NCBI GenBank assembly: GCA_020059745.1
Contig: JAGVBK010000004.1
Coordinates: 178,511-242,510, forward strand
Length of the DNA stretch: 64,000 bases
Direction: 5' to 3'
DNA from: Candidatus Shapirobacteria bacterium
GTDB taxonomy: Bacteria; Patescibacteriota; Microgenomatia; UM-FILTER-40-11
Shown here piece by piece: positions 44,784-55,261 of this stretch. The first letter of the stretch is position 1. Every line of letters begins with the position of its first letter. The translations under genes were made by a program, and so were the position numbers. A model generated the notes under the pieces. That model did no database searches. It was given only the letters and a program-made list of their open reading frames with translations, and was not told the DNA's origin.

Positions 44784-46964
44784 ATGAGTATTGTTTCAAA
44801 AGAAGCCCAGATTGGCGGAAGAACATTAAAACTGGAAGTAGGGCGTTTTGCTCCCCAAACCAACGCTTCCGTGATTGCCCAATACGGTGAAACCATGGTT
44901 CTGGTTACTGTGGTTCGTTCAACTCCCAGAGAAGACTTGGGTTATTTTCCTTTAAGCGTGGAATATGTGGAAAGACTCTACGCCGGTGGAAGGATTAAAG
45001 GTTCGCGTTGGGTAAAAAGAGAAGGAAGGCCCACTGACGAGGCAATTTTAATCGGTCGCTTGGTTGATCGCTCCATAAGACCGCTTTTCCCTAAGGGTTA
45101 CAATGACGAAGTTCAAGTAACAATCACCGTTCTGTCCGTTGATCTTGAAAATGATCCTGATATTGTTTCTCTAATTGGAACCTCTGCAGCTTTGGCGATA
45201 TCTGATATTCCCTGGAATGGACCTATTGGTGCGGCCAGGGTTGGTTTAAAAGAGCAGGTTCCTTTTGTAAACCCGACTGAAGCGGAAAAGGCTTTTTCGG
45301 ACTTAGATTTGGTTGTTGCCGCCTCAAAGGAAAGGGTGGTCATGATTGAAGGTAAGGGAAACGAGGTTACTGAAGCTCAAGTTCTTGAGGCAACTAAATT
45401 CGGTAAAGAAGAGTCACAAAAAGTGATTGCTTTAATTGAGGAACTTCAAAAAGAAGTTGGCCAGGAGAAAAAAAGCTTTGTTGAGAAAGAGATTAATGAA
45501 GAAATTAAGAAAAGAGCGCAAAAATTTGTCAAAGAATATCTTGACGCTGTTTTTTCTAAGGAAAAAGGCCGGGAAACTGGCGGAACAGGTTCTGCAGAGG
45601 CATTGACTTCGTTTCTTTCCGAATTTGAACCTGAACAAAAAAGAGAGGCTTCGGCCGCTTTTGAATATTTTTGGAAGAAGATATTTCGGGAAAACGTACT
45701 TTCAGGAAAAAGAGTTGACGGGAGAGCATTAACTGAGGTTCGTCCAATTGAGGTTGAAGTGGGAATTCTTCCCAGAACCCACGGCAGCGCTATGTTTAAA
45801 AGAGGGTTAACTCAGGTTCTTACCGTAACTACCTTGGGTGCACCTTCTTTGCAGCAGCTTATCGAGACTGCTACAGGAGAAGAATCAAAGCGCTATATTC
45901 ATCATTATTCAATGCCGCCCTACTCCCTTGGCGAAACTGGGCGTACTGGTTTTCTTTCCAGGAGAGAGATAGGACATGGGGCTTTAGCCGAGAAAGCGAT
46001 TGAACCAGTTGTTCCTACTGAAGAAAATTTTCCTTATACTATTAGGGTTGTTTCTGAGGTTTTGTCTTCCAACGGTTCAACCTCAATGGCGTCAACTTGC
46101 GGTTCAACACTTTCTTTAATGGATGCCGGTGTTCCGATAAAGACTCCGGTTTCCGGGGTGGCGATGGGATTGGTTACCGGAGAAAAAGCCGGAGCAGAAG
46201 GAGACTATCTTATCCTGACTGACATTTTAGGCGCTGAGGATTTTAACGGTGACATGGATTTTAAAATTACCGGTTCTGAAAAGGGGATTACCGCAATCCA
46301 GCTTGACGTTAAAATCCCCGGTCTTACTGACGAAATCATTGAGAAGACTCTTGCCCAGGCCAAAGAAGGAAGGCTTTTTATTCTCGAGCGCATGCTCACG
46401 GCCTTAAAAGAGCCAAGACAAAAAATTTCTGAATACGCTCCCAGGGTTGCAGTGATTCACGTTCCTCAGGAAAAAATCGGGGAAGTAATCGGTCCGGGCG
46501 GAAGGGTTATCAGAAGGCTTATTGAGGAAACCGGAGCAAGCATTGAAGTTCAAGATGATGGTTCCGTTAATGTTTCGGGAGTTGACGAAAAATCAGTAGA
46601 GTCAGCATTAAACCAAATTAAAGGTTTGGTTCAGGACGCTGAAGTTGGCCAGACTTATGAGGGCGAAGTTAAAAGAATCCAACCTTTTGGCGCTTTTGTT
46701 GAAATTTTGCCTGGCAAAGAGGGTCTAGTGCATGTTTCACAGATGTCGGAAGAGTTTGTTGACGATCCTTCAACAGTTGTTTCCATTGGCCAGAAAGTTT
46801 CCGTTAAAGTGATGGAGATTGACGAAAAAGGCAGAATAAACTTAACCATGCTTCTTAATGGAGAAAAAAAGGGTGGCGGTAACCGCGGCCAAGGAAGAGA
46901 TTTTAGCCGTCAGCCGAAGTTTGAGAAAAAGCCTTATTTCCCTTCTTCAAAGTACAGAAAGTAA
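44784..46964 (+). CDS. pnp: Polyribonucleotide nucleotidyltransferase
   Basis: Two RNase PH domains (RLVDRSIRPLF, RREIGHG, SNGSTSMAS, GDMDFK), KH and S1. Confidence 0.97.
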   Translation: MSIVSKEAQIGGRTLKLEVGRFAPQTNASVIAQYGETMVLVTVVRSTPREDLGYFPLSVEYVERLYAGGRIKGSRWVKREGRPTDEAILIGRLVDRSIRPLFPKGYNDEVQVTITVLSVDLENDPDIVSLIGTSAALAISDIPWNGPIGAARVGLKEQVPFVNPTEAEKAFSDLDLVVAASKERVVMIEGKGNEVTEAQVLEATKFGKEESQKVIALIEELQKEVGQEKKSFVEKEINEEIKKRAQKFVKEYLDAVFSKEKGRETGGTGSAEALTSFLSEFEPEQKREASAAFEYFWKKIFRENVLSGKRVDGRALTEVRPIEVEVGILPRTHGSAMFKRGLTQVLTVTTLGAPSLQQLIETATGEESKRYIHHYSMPPYSLGETGRTGFLSRREIGHGALAEKAIEPVVPTEENFPYTIRVVSEVLSSNGSTSMASTCGSTLSLMDAGVPIKTPVSGVAMGLVTGEKAGAEGDYLILTDILGAEDFNGDMDFKITGSEKGITAIQLDVKIPGLTDEIIEKTLAQAKEGRLFILERMLTALKEPRQKISEYAPRVAVIHVPQEKIGEVIGPGGRVIRRLIEETGASIEVQDDGSVNVSGVDEKSVESALNQIKGLVQDAEVGQTYEGEVKRIQPFGAFVEILPGKEGLVHVSQMSEEFVDDPSTVVSIGQKVSVKVMEIDEKGRINLTMLLNGEKKGGGNRGQGRDFSRQPKFEKKPYFPSSKYRK

Positions 46965-47036
46965 ATTTCTTAAAAGAAGAAACCTCCTTTTGTGTTATCA
47001 TTGAGTGAAGGTAACTTCAAGATAACAAGTTTAAAA

Positions 47037-48101
47037 ATGATTGATTCAAACCAAAGTAAGGATTTTTTGCTGGAAATAGAGAAGCTTGAAGATAAAGTCA
47101 GTTCCGAAGCGATCCCGCCTGACCTTAAAGAAAAAATTATTACTTCAATTGAAAGGCTTAAGCTTGCTTTTAGGTTTGGAAATTATTCAAAAGACCTCGA
47201 GGAAATTTCAAACTATATTGATTGGGTAGAAAGTTTGCCGTGGGCAAAACGAACTGACGATATTCTTGATCTTGGCCACGCTAAAAAAATTCTTGATGAA
47301 AATCATTATGGTTTGCAACAGATAAAAGACAGAATCCTTGAATATTTGGCAGTTTTAAAGCTTAAAAAAGAAAGGTCAAGCGAAAAAATTGTCAGAGCTC
47401 CAATACTTTGTTTTACCGGCCTTGTCGGGACGGGGAAAACTACTATTGCCTATTCTATTGCCCAAAGTTTGGGCAGAAAGTTTGTCAGAATTCCTTTTGG
47501 CGGGCTTGGCGATCCTGGTTTTCTCAGAGGAAGGTCGCGCAAGCTAACCGAAGCAGAGCCGGGTCAAATAATTAAAGCCATAAGAACAGCAGGGACAAAA
47601 AATCCGGTTATTTTACTTGACGAGATAGACCGGGTGGTTGAAGAATCAAGGTCAACAATTATGGGTGTTTTGGTTGAGCTTTTAGACCCGGAACAAAATG
47701 CCCGTTTTATGGATTATTTTCTCGATTATCCTTTTGATTTGAGCGAGGTTTTGTTTATTGCCACGGCTAACAACACCACCAATATTTCAACTGCAGTTTT
47801 AGACCGGCTTGAACCAATGCAAATGCCTTCATACAACGACGAAGAAAAAATGATTATTGGCCAAAAGTTTATTTTGCCCAAAACCATGAAAGAAATGGGT
47901 CTTAGCCCGGCCGACCTTGAACTATCTGTTTCTGTCTGGCCAAAAATTATCCGGCCTCTTGGTTTTGACGCTGGGGTAAGAACTCTGGAGAGAAACATTG
48001 CCGCTATTTGTCGGAAAGTTGCTAAAATAATTGTTGAAGGCAAAAAGGCAAAAGTAATTGTTAGTGATGAAAACTTGAGAGAGTTTGTACAAGTTTGGTA
48101 A
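47037..48101 (+). CDS. Lon-type AAA+ ATPase module lacking the N-domain and the protease domain
   Basis: YIDWVESLPW, LDENHYGL..KDRILEYLAV, GLVGTGKTT, NPVILLDEID, LLDPEQN..F.D, AGVRTLER; ends after the lid domain. Confidence 0.85.
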   Translation: MIDSNQSKDFLLEIEKLEDKVSSEAIPPDLKEKIITSIERLKLAFRFGNYSKDLEEISNYIDWVESLPWAKRTDDILDLGHAKKILDENHYGLQQIKDRILEYLAVLKLKKERSSEKIVRAPILCFTGLVGTGKTTIAYSIAQSLGRKFVRIPFGGLGDPGFLRGRSRKLTEAEPGQIIKAIRTAGTKNPVILLDEIDRVVEESRSTIMGVLVELLDPEQNARFMDYFLDYPFDLSEVLFIATANNTTNISTAVLDRLEPMQMPSYNDEEKMIIGQKFILPKTMKEMGLSPADLELSVSVWPKIIRPLGFDAGVRTLERNIAAICRKVAKIIVEGKKAKVIVSDENLREFVQVW

Positions 48102-48102
48102 A

Positions 48103-48747
48103 ATGGAAACAGAATCGGAATTAAGAAAAATTGAAGAAGAGATAGCTTCTTGCAACAAGTGTCCGCTAAAAAAAACGGCCACAAGACCTGTTCCGGGAGA
48201 AGGAAATTGCCATGCTGAAATTATGTTTATCGGTGAGGCTCCGGGTTATTGGGAAGATCAGAGAGGTATTCCTTTCTGTGGTGCTGCCGGAAAGCTTTTA
48301 GACGAACTTCTTTTATCAATAAATCTAAAAAGAGAAGATGTTTTTGTGGCCAACATTCTCAAGCACCGGCCACCTGAAAACAGGGACCCGTTGCCAAATG
48401 AAGTCGAGGCCTGTAAAGAGTACCTGGACCGGCAGCTTAAGGCAATAAGACCTAAAGTGATTGTTGCTTTGGGTCGTTTTGCCATGGCTAAGTTTTTCCC
48501 TTATGGAAAAATCAGCCGCGATCACGGTATTGCCAGGTTAGTTGACTACGGTGGACAAAGATATATTTTTGTGCCGATGTTTCACCCGGCAGCTGCCTTA
48601 AGAAGTAGCGAAGTTGAAAAACAGTTGAGGCGGGATTTTTTGAACCTGACTCAGGGGGTAGAGAGGTTTAAAAATTCAGACCAGCAAGAAAAAAGCGAAA
48701 GCGATCAAAAAGAAAAAATTATAAATGAACAATTGGAATTAATTTAA
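48103..48747 (+). CDS. Uracil-DNA glycosylase, family 4 (Fe-S)
   Basis: CNKCPL, GEAPG..ED..G.PF, KHRPPENRDP..C, FHPAAALR. Confidence 0.92.
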   Translation: METESELRKIEEEIASCNKCPLKKTATRPVPGEGNCHAEIMFIGEAPGYWEDQRGIPFCGAAGKLLDELLLSINLKREDVFVANILKHRPPENRDPLPNEVEACKEYLDRQLKAIRPKVIVALGRFAMAKFFPYGKISRDHGIARLVDYGGQRYIFVPMFHPAAALRSSEVEKQLRRDFLNLTQGVERFKNSDQQEKSESDQKEKIINEQLELI

Positions 48748-48762
48748 TATAGAAAGGAACTT

Positions 48763-50427
48763 ATGAAAAAATATTTAAAAATCATTTCTTTAGGAGGTTT
48801 CGGCAGAGTGACAAAAAACATGTTTGTCTATGAAACTGATAAAGATATTATTATTGTTGATTGTGGAGTTGGTTTCCCTGAAGAAGAAATGCTGGGAGTT
48901 GATTTAGTAATTCCCGATATCACCTACCTTAAGGATAAAAAAGATAAAATTAGGGCAATTTTTCTTTCCCATGGTCATGACGACCATGTTGGCGCTTTGC
49001 CTTATATTCTTCCCCAGCTTTCTACCAAACTTCCAGTTTTTGCACCTAGGTGGGCCAAGGCCTTGGCGGAAAACAAACTTTCTGAATTTGGGATTTTTCC
49101 CAACATTGAAGAAATTGATGAAGGGAAACGGGTTAAGGTGGGAGATTTTTCTCTGGAGTTTGTTAAGGTAACCCATTCGATTCCGGACACACTTCATTTG
49201 GCGATTGAAACCCCGGTTGGGCTTATTTATCATGCTGCTGATTTTAAACTTGACCTTAACCCGGTTATGGGCAAACCTACCAACCAGGAGCTTGTCAGGC
49301 AAATTGGTAAAAGAGGGGTTTTGTGTTTGCTTTCAGATTGTCTAAGGTCAGAAAACCCTGGTTTTACTCCTCCTGAGGTTAAGCTTGAAGAAGTTTTCGA
49401 GCAGGAAATCACTGACTGCGAGGGCAAGTTTATTGTGACTACTATGTCCTCAAACATTTCCAGGCTAAAGCAGGCAATTGATGTTTCCCTAAGACACGGC
49501 CGTAAAATTATCCTTGTTGGCCGGTCAATTGAAAAAAATATTGAAATTGCCACCAAGCTTAAGTATATTTCTTACCCGAAGGAAGCCTTTATCCCCAAAA
49601 AACTAATAAACAAATACCCGCCTAGAGCAGTGACCTTGATTGTTGCCGGAAGCCAGGGACAACTAGGCTCAGGGATGGACAGAATGGTCGCGGGAGAAAT
49701 AAAAGATATCAAAATTAAGCCTGGTGATAAGGTTGTTTTTTCAACTGATTATATTCCCGGAAATGAAACCGCAATCTACAACATGATCGATAATCTTTAC
49801 CGTCTAGGCGCTGAGGTTGCCTACTCGGACATAAGAAGCGACATCCATGTTTCCGGCCACGGCTCTCAGGGAGATTTAGGGAAGCTGATGGAAATGATTA
49901 ATCCTAAATATCTTATTCCTATTGGCGGCAACTACCGGCATATGGTTGCCTATAAAAAACTGGCTATAAAAAATGGTTTTAAGACAGACCAGGTTTTGAT
50001 TCAGGATAACGGCAAAGTAATTGAGTTTAATGAATCAGGGCTTTCTGAAACTAAGGAAAGGGTTGAAATCGGTCAGGTGATGGTTGACGCGCTTGGTGTC
50101 GGTGATGTTGGCAATGTTGTCTTAAGGGACAGGAGAATTCTTTCCGAGGAAGGAATTGTGGTGGCAATTCTGCCGGTTAACCAAAGCAAGATGACGCTTG
50201 AGGGCGAGCCGGAAATTGTTTCCCGCGGCTTTGTTTATATAAAAGAAAACCTTGAGCTTTTAGCAGAAGCAAAAAGAGGGATTGAGGGAACACTTAAAGA
50301 GCACCAACAGCGCGGCCGTTTAGATACCCGGCTAGTGAGGGAAGTAGTTCAGGATTATCTGGAGAAGTTCTTCTTTAATAAAACAGGAAGAAGGCCGATG
50401 GTTTTAGTTGTTATTGTCGAGGTTTAA
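48763..50427 (+). CDS. rnj: Ribonuclease J
   Basis: SHGHDDH, THSIPD, DFKLD, GSQG, HVSGHG, TGRRPMV. Confidence 0.95.
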   Translation: MKKYLKIISLGGFGRVTKNMFVYETDKDIIIVDCGVGFPEEEMLGVDLVIPDITYLKDKKDKIRAIFLSHGHDDHVGALPYILPQLSTKLPVFAPRWAKALAENKLSEFGIFPNIEEIDEGKRVKVGDFSLEFVKVTHSIPDTLHLAIETPVGLIYHAADFKLDLNPVMGKPTNQELVRQIGKRGVLCLLSDCLRSENPGFTPPEVKLEEVFEQEITDCEGKFIVTTMSSNISRLKQAIDVSLRHGRKIILVGRSIEKNIEIATKLKYISYPKEAFIPKKLINKYPPRAVTLIVAGSQGQLGSGMDRMVAGEIKDIKIKPGDKVVFSTDYIPGNETAIYNMIDNLYRLGAEVAYSDIRSDIHVSGHGSQGDLGKLMEMINPKYLIPIGGNYRHMVAYKKLAIKNGFKTDQVLIQDNGKVIEFNESGLSETKERVEIGQVMVDALGVGDVGNVVLRDRRILSEEGIVVAILPVNQSKMTLEGEPEIVSRGFVYIKENLELLAEAKRGIEGTLKEHQQRGRLDTRLVREVVQDYLEKFFFNKTGRRPMVLVVIVEV

Positions 50428-50430
50428 GAG

Positions 50431-51390
50431 ATGCTGGTTGACGAGGCGGTAATTAAGATTGAGGCGGGAAATGGCGGCAACGGTAAGGTTTCCTTCAGAA
50501 GGGAAAAATTTGTTCCTAAAGGTGGACCAGACGGCGGTGATGGCGGCAATGGAGGAAGTATATATTTTCGGGGCATTGAAGATATCACCGGTCTTAATAA
50601 ATTTCGTTTTAAAAAAGAATTTAAAGCCCAGGATGGAGAGCCCGGGCAAAGCCGGAAAAAAACTGGGGCAAACGGCAGGGATTTGGTTTTAGCCCTTCCG
50701 GCGGGAACTGTTATTAAGGACCTTGGTACTGATGAGACTTGGGAGATTGTACAAGCAGGAGAAGAGATTTTAGTGGCTGAGGGTGGTAAAGGCGGCCGTG
50801 GTAACTGGCATTTTCGTTCTGCTACCAACCAAACACCCAAAGAGTTTGAATACGGAACTTATGGTCGAAAAAGAGAATTGCTTCTTGAACTAAGGCTGGT
50901 TGCCGACCTTGGTTTTATCGGCTTTCCTTCAGTTGGTAAATCAAGCCTTCTTAATGAGTTTACGCAAGCGAGTGCTAAGGTTGCTCCTTATCACTTTACC
51001 ACCTTAGAGCCAAACCTAGGAGTAATGGACGGCGTTATTTTAGCGGATTTGCCGGGTTTGATTGAGGGTGCTTCTGGGGGGAAAGGTTTGGGAATTAAAT
51101 TTTTAAAACACATTAAAAGAACTAAGGCTTTAGTACATTGTGTTAGCGCCGATTCAAAAAACCCGCTTAAAGACTATAAAGATGTAAGAAAGGAGCTGGG
51201 TGATTATGACAAAGAACTTCTTTTAAAGCCAGAACTTATCTTGATCACCAAGTCAGACTTGGCAAGTAAGGAAGATCTTAAAAATATTAAGGAAAAACTA
51301 AAGGAAACAAAAAAGGAAGTTTTGCCTGTTTCCATTTATGATTATGACCAAATGCAAACAGTAAGGGAGCGTTTAAAAAAACTAGCCTAG
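50431..51390 (+). CDS. obgE: GTPase Obg (no C-terminal domain)
   Basis: FRREKFVPKGGPDGGDGG, GFPSVGKSS, YHFTTLEPNLG, DLPGLIEGA. Confidence 0.96.
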   Translation: MLVDEAVIKIEAGNGGNGKVSFRREKFVPKGGPDGGDGGNGGSIYFRGIEDITGLNKFRFKKEFKAQDGEPGQSRKKTGANGRDLVLALPAGTVIKDLGTDETWEIVQAGEEILVAEGGKGGRGNWHFRSATNQTPKEFEYGTYGRKRELLLELRLVADLGFIGFPSVGKSSLLNEFTQASAKVAPYHFTTLEPNLGVMDGVILADLPGLIEGASGGKGLGIKFLKHIKRTKALVHCVSADSKNPLKDYKDVRKELGDYDKELLLKPELILITKSDLASKEDLKNIKEKLKETKKEVLPVSIYDYDQMQTVRERLKKLA

Positions 51391-51410
51391 TTTTTTGCTA
51401 TAATTTAGCC

Positions 51411-53123
51411 ATGAGATATTCAAAACTTTTCGGAAAAACAGTTAAGGAAGCACCTTCTGAGGCGGCTCTAGAATCTCATAAACTTCTTTATCGGGCTGGT
51501 TTTATAAGAGAATCAACCGCCGGCAGATACTTTTTTTTACCTCTTGGAGAAAGAGTTCAGCAAAAAATTATGAAAATTATCAAAGAAGAGATGGACAGAA
51601 TTGGCGGTCAGGAAATGCTTGCACCGGTACTTCACCCTCTTTTTCTTTGGCAGGAAACAAACAGGGATAAAGCCGTTGGTTTTGAGTTAATGAAGGTAAG
51701 GGACAGACGGGACTTTGAATTTGCTTTGGGCGGAACAGCTGAGGAAATGTTTGTTGATGTCGTCAGAAAATTTCAGATAAGTTATAAAGACCTCCCTTTT
51801 AATGTTTACCAGTTTTCTACCAAGTTTAGAGATGAGCTTCGTGCTCGTGGCGGGCTTCTTCGTGTACGCGAGTTTATTATGAAGGATGCTTACTCGTTTC
51901 ATACCGGAAAGGAAGACTTTAAAAAAGAATACCACCGAATGTGGGACACTTATACCTTAATTTTTGAAAGAATGGGGCTAAAAACAATTCCCGTTGAAGC
52001 TGATAATGGCTATATTGGCGGCGAGTATTCCCATGAGTTTGTGGTTGAATCCAAAATTGGAGAAAGCCGGTTTTTGATTACAAAAGGCAGTGAGGTGGGG
52101 ATGCATGAAGATGTGGCCAGGTTTAAGAAAGAAGAAAAAAATCTTGACGAAAAAGAACAGCCCTTAAAAGAAGTTGAAGCGGTTCGCGGAGCAAGTATGG
52201 AAGACGGAGTTGAATTTCATAATTTGCCTTTGTGGCAGCAGATAAAAGATGTAGTTTATGTGGACGATAGCGGCCGATTTATTTTGGCAGTAATAAGAGG
52301 AGATTATGAAGTTAATGAGGTTAAACTTAAGAATTTACTCTCCCTTAATCTTTTTCGTTTTGCCACCGATGAGGAAATCAGGGAAAAGCTTCGTTCAGAG
52401 CCCGGATTTATTTCTCCGGCAGGAATTAAGGACAATCTGACTAAGGGAGTTGAGCTTATTGTGGTGGGAGACGATTCGCTAAGAACAGTAAAAAATGCTT
52501 ACGGTGGAGCAAACAAGAAAAACAAAGACCTTCTGAATGTTAATATTGACCGTGACTACCAGCTTGACAAAGAAGGAGACATTGCTATGGCCCAGCCTGG
52601 GTTTACCTCTCTTGATGGAGAAATGCTTTTTGAGAAAAGAGGGATTGAAGTAGGTAATATTTTCCAGCTGGGAGAGTATTATTCAAAAAGGATGAAAAAC
52701 GCCACTTTCATTGATAAAGACGGAAAACTAAAGCCTTTTTACATGGGCTGTTATGGGATTGGTTTAGGAAGAACAATGGCAACAATAGCAGAAATCCACC
52801 GCGACGAAAAAGGTCTTGTCTGGCCTGACTCAGTTGCTCCTTTTTTGGTTCATTTAATCGGTCTTAAAGGGGCAGAAGAAAAAGCGAATGAAGTCTATAA
52901 AAAGCTTAATGAAGAAGGCATTGAGGTTTTGTTTGATGATAGAGAAGATGTTTCTGCTGGAGTTAAGTTTGCAGATGCAGACCTAATCGGTATACCGGTA
53001 AGACTGGTAGTGAGCCTTAAAACGGGAGATAAAATTGAATGGAAAAAAAGAAACCAGGAGAAAAGCGAACTTCTTGTTTTTGAAGAACTGGTTGACAGGC
53101 TCAAAACAGCTGTTTTTCCTTGA
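51411..53123 (+). CDS. proS: Prolyl-tRNA synthetase (bacterial type with insertion domain)
   Basis: KFRDELRARGGLLRVREFIMKDAYSF, GIEVGNIFQLG, MGCYGIG, GVKFADADLIG. Confidence 0.96.
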   Translation: MRYSKLFGKTVKEAPSEAALESHKLLYRAGFIRESTAGRYFFLPLGERVQQKIMKIIKEEMDRIGGQEMLAPVLHPLFLWQETNRDKAVGFELMKVRDRRDFEFALGGTAEEMFVDVVRKFQISYKDLPFNVYQFSTKFRDELRARGGLLRVREFIMKDAYSFHTGKEDFKKEYHRMWDTYTLIFERMGLKTIPVEADNGYIGGEYSHEFVVESKIGESRFLITKGSEVGMHEDVARFKKEEKNLDEKEQPLKEVEAVRGASMEDGVEFHNLPLWQQIKDVVYVDDSGRFILAVIRGDYEVNEVKLKNLLSLNLFRFATDEEIREKLRSEPGFISPAGIKDNLTKGVELIVVGDDSLRTVKNAYGGANKKNKDLLNVNIDRDYQLDKEGDIAMAQPGFTSLDGEMLFEKRGIEVGNIFQLGEYYSKRMKNATFIDKDGKLKPFYMGCYGIGLGRTMATIAEIHRDEKGLVWPDSVAPFLVHLIGLKGAEEKANEVYKKLNEEGIEVLFDDREDVSAGVKFADADLIGIPVRLVVSLKTGDKIEWKKRNQEKSELLVFEELVDRLKTAVFP

Positions 53124-53161
53124 TGTTTTAAATTTGTTCTTCGACTTGATATAATTTCAGT

Positions 53162-55255
53162 ATGGCCAGAAGGAAAGGTTGGTTTAAACGCCGTTTTAAA
53201 ATTAAGCTAAAGAAAGACGCAATTTATTCAATTGCATACCTTACTCTTTTTTCTTTAGCCTTTTTAGTAATTCTTTCTTTTACCAGACAGGGAGGATTTT
53301 TATTTTCTTTAAATGTTAAGCTTCTTGAGTACTTTGGTTGGGGGACAGTTTTTGTGGCTTTCTTCCTTATGCTTTCTGGTCTTATGCTTACTAAGCTAGA
53401 GATTCCCTGGACACGAGCCAGCGTTATGGTTGGCGGCGGACTTTCTTCGTTGTCTCTCATGGGGCTAACGCGCTCCGGACTTGTAGGTAAGGGGGTTTTT
53501 GAACAAATAGCTTACTACCTAACCTCTCTGGGAAGTGTCTTTGTTTTGGTAGTTTGCGCGCTTATTGGTTTTGTGGTTTTGTTTAATACCTCTCTTGACC
53601 AGATTTTCCTCGGGTTTGCCGATTTTTTAAAAGCAGTAAAGGGCATTGGCTTTAAACCAAAAAAAGAAACTCCTCAGTTTATACAGGAAAAAAATGCTTT
53701 AAAGTCTGTTTCTGCCAAGCCTAACTTTAGTATTAAAGAGCCTTCAAAAGCATTGATAACCGCTGAGCCGGAAGAAGAGTTTACTGCTGTGGCAACAAAT
53801 ATTCCCGGTGCCCAAAACGAAGTTTGGAATTACCCGCCGCTTTCGCTTTTAAGCGAAGCCAGCGGAGGTAAGGCCGACCGGGGCGATGTTAAGACTAATG
53901 CTTCGACAATTGAAAGAACTTTTGATTCTTTTGGCATTTCTGCCCGGGTGGTTGAAGTCAACAATGGTCCGGCTGTAACTCAATATGCGATTGAGGTTGG
54001 TCTTGGCACCAAACTCTCAAAAATTACCAGTCTTGCCAATGATCTTGCCTTAGCCTTGGCTGCGCCAACCGGACAGATCAGGGTAGAAGCGCCAATACCA
54101 GGGCGTTCTTTGGTGGGCATTGAGCTTCCTAATCGCTCTTTGGAAATAGTTACCCTAAAGCAGCTTCTTTCAGTTCAGGGAATGAAAGATAAAAAAAGAA
54201 AACTTTTGGTGCCTTTAGGACTTGATGTTTCCGGTGAGCCTAAAATTGCCGACATTAGCAAAATGCCCCATGTTTTAATTGCCGGACAAACAGGTAGCGG
54301 TAAATCCGTTCTTCTAAATTCCTGGATTTCGACTTTTCTTTTCCGGACTTCTCCTTCCGAGGTAAAGCTTATTTTGATTGATCCAAAAAGAGTTGAATTT
54401 ACGCAATATAATGGTGTTCCCCATTTACTTACTCCAGTGATAGTTGAACCTGAAAAAATTGTCAGTGCCTTAAAATGGGCTACTAAAGAAATGGATAATC
54501 GCTACAAACAATTTGCCCAAGCTGGAGCCAGAAATATCGAAATGTATAACGAGAATGTAGGCTTTCAGGCGCTTCCTTATATTGTCATTATGGTTGACGA
54601 ATTAGCTGATATTATTCTATTTGCTCCTGCTGAGGTTGAAGACAATATCTGCCGGCTGGCGCAAATGGCAAGAGCGACCGGGATTCATTTGGTTATTGCC
54701 ACCCAAAGACCATCAGTTGATGTCTTAACCGGACTTATTAAGGCCAACATTCCCACCAGAATGTCTTTTGCTGTTGCTTCAATGACTGACTCAAGGGTAA
54801 TTCTTGACAGTCCGGGCGCAGAGAAGCTTTTGGGAAGAGGAGACATGCTTTATATCCCTCCTGACCAGGCTAAACCTTCAAGAATTCAGGGCTGTTTTGT
54901 TTCTGATGCTGAAATTCTAAGGCTTATTGGTCACTTGGGTAAAACAGGCGTAAGGCCGGTTTATACAGAAGAAGTAACGGAAATGGCCGACTCCTCTTTA
55001 AAAGGCGGAGTTAGCGGCGGGGGCGAGGAAAGAGATGAGTTTTTTGAAGAGGCAGTTAAGACCGTCTGTCAGTTTGGTAGGGCTTCAGCTTCTTTGTTGC
55101 AAAGGCGGCTTTCTGTTGGTTATAATCGGGCGGCAAGAATTTTAGATCAGCTTGAAGCGGCTGGTGTAATTGGCCCTGGTGACGGAGCAAAGCCAAGAGA
55201 TATTTTAATCAAAAATCCTGACGAATTTTTAGCCTCAGAAACTCCAGGGACATAA
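53162..55255 (+). CDS. ftsK: DNA translocase FtsK/SpoIIIE
   Basis: N-terminal TMs, PHVLIAGQTGSGKS, IDPKRVE, VDELAD, ATQRPS, gamma domain SASLLQRRL. Confidence 0.96.
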   Translation: MARRKGWFKRRFKIKLKKDAIYSIAYLTLFSLAFLVILSFTRQGGFLFSLNVKLLEYFGWGTVFVAFFLMLSGLMLTKLEIPWTRASVMVGGGLSSLSLMGLTRSGLVGKGVFEQIAYYLTSLGSVFVLVVCALIGFVVLFNTSLDQIFLGFADFLKAVKGIGFKPKKETPQFIQEKNALKSVSAKPNFSIKEPSKALITAEPEEEFTAVATNIPGAQNEVWNYPPLSLLSEASGGKADRGDVKTNASTIERTFDSFGISARVVEVNNGPAVTQYAIEVGLGTKLSKITSLANDLALALAAPTGQIRVEAPIPGRSLVGIELPNRSLEIVTLKQLLSVQGMKDKKRKLLVPLGLDVSGEPKIADISKMPHVLIAGQTGSGKSVLLNSWISTFLFRTSPSEVKLILIDPKRVEFTQYNGVPHLLTPVIVEPEKIVSALKWATKEMDNRYKQFAQAGARNIEMYNENVGFQALPYIVIMVDELADIILFAPAEVEDNICRLAQMARATGIHLVIATQRPSVDVLTGLIKANIPTRMSFAVASMTDSRVILDSPGAEKLLGRGDMLYIPPDQAKPSRIQGCFVSDAEILRLIGHLGKTGVRPVYTEEVTEMADSSLKGGVSGGGEERDEFFEEAVKTVCQFGRASASLLQRRLSVGYNRAARILDQLEAAGVIGPGDGAKPRDILIKNPDEFLASETPGT

Positions 55256-55261
55256 AATCTC

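Noticed and set aside
48085-48110. Frameshift joining the Lon ATPase to a protease domain
   Set aside because: The downstream frame encodes a complete family-4 UDG, not Lon_C
50424-50840. 138-aa antisense ORF over obg, and similar shadow ORFs over pnp, infB, rnj and the helicases
   Set aside because: Fully antisense to or nested in conserved genes; no motifs or expression signals
51391-51410. T-box riboswitches before proS, metG and alaS
   Set aside because: No leader space: -10 boxes lie 6-10 nt from the start codons
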